Shown here piece after piece: positions 24,499 through 24,963 of a DNA stretch of 24,963 nucleotides. This stretch comes from a virus. Taxonomy: Duplodnaviria > Caudoviricetes. The stretch lies in the IMG/VR virus record IMGVR_UViG_3300018933_000073. One strand, 5' to 3'. Each line of letters begins with the position of its first letter. Position 1 is the stretch's first letter. The translations under genes were made by a program, and so were the position numbers. The notes under the pieces are model-generated. The model had not been told where the DNA came from, did not search any database, and saw only the letters and a program-made list of their open reading frames with translations.

Positions 24499-24963
24499 TC
24501 AGGCCGCCCAGGCCGCGAAGTCCCCCAGCGCCGATCCCGTGGGTACGTGGGTGATGGGCATGGACACGCCCGGTCGGACGGTGCCCGGCGACACAGGTCC
24601 GAACCGGCAATCGTCGGCGCCGTAATCCCGGCCGCTCCGGCGGTAGAGTTCGGCGATGGCCGCCTCGGTCATGCGGTGTCCGCGCCGGCGGCGGCCAATC
24701 TGCGCGTTGATGGGGGGGACGAACGCCTTGTGCCCGACCTCGAAGCGGGCCGGCGACATCCGCCCGCCCGCGGACTTGCCGCGGACGAGGTTCATGCCCA
24801 TGCGCATGCGCTGGACCGCCCGCCGTTGGAGGCCGAACCGCTCGGCGATCTCCGCATCGGTCAGGCCTTCGTTGAACAGCGCGGGCAAGGCGGCCCGGCA
24901 GGCGGCGACGGGATCGGTACCGGTGCCGCGTGAACCGGTCGTCCCGGTGGTTTTCCTTTTCAT
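24499..24963 (-). CDS. Hypothetical protein with N-terminal helix-turn-helix
   Basis: LFNEGLTDAEIAERFGLQRRAVQRMRMGMNL HTH-like segment. Confidence 0.65.
   Translation of the reverse strand: MKRKTTGTTGSRGTGTDPVAACRAALPALFNEGLTDAEIAERFGLQRRAVQRMRMGMNLVRGKSAGGRMSPARFEVGHKAFVPPINAQIGRRRRGHRMTEAAIAELYRRSGRDYGADDCRFGPVSPGTVRPGVSMPITHVPTGSALGDFAAWAA

Larger units (their letters stand above)
1..24963 (-). mobile_element. Podovirus-type prophage or phage-derived element, late (packaging, head, short tail, ejection, lysis) region; ends not in window
   Basis: Co-oriented, tightly coupled (ATGA/GTGA/TGATG overlaps) terS-terL-portal-scaffold-capsid-adaptor-fibre-nozzle-ejection-lysis genes; no tape-measure, tail tube or sheath gene recognised. 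Confidence 0.93.

Overview
High-GC window that is entirely the late region of a podovirus-type (P22/BPP-1-like, short-tailed) prophage or phage-derived element, probably alphaproteobacterial (inferred from gene families). Almost all genes are on the minus strand. Reading right to left: HTH protein, small protein, Q-position regulator, late promoter with a proximal terminator, TerS, TerL, portal, scaffold, major capsid, adaptor, a ~5.3 kb accessory block, tail fibre and chaperone, nozzle, GNAT-like virion protein, ejection proteins, two antisense membrane morons, and a lysis cassette (membrane protein, GH24 endolysin, holin, Rz/Rz1-like spanins). No integrase, replication gene, RNA gene or CRISPR array is visible. 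The most unusual part is ~10.0-15.05 kb. An ejection-protein-like gene carries a lower-GC C-terminal HExxH metallopeptidase domain. It is surrounded by three diverged copies of a small gene, each with its own conserved promoter-like element, and by two paralogs of an unknown ~190-260 aa gene. This resembles a virion-delivered polymorphic effector with an immunity array. The ejection gene in the usual position is frameshifted near a perfect 24-bp palindrome and converges on tandem SieA-like membrane genes. All product calls come from motif recognition and gene order, not database searches.
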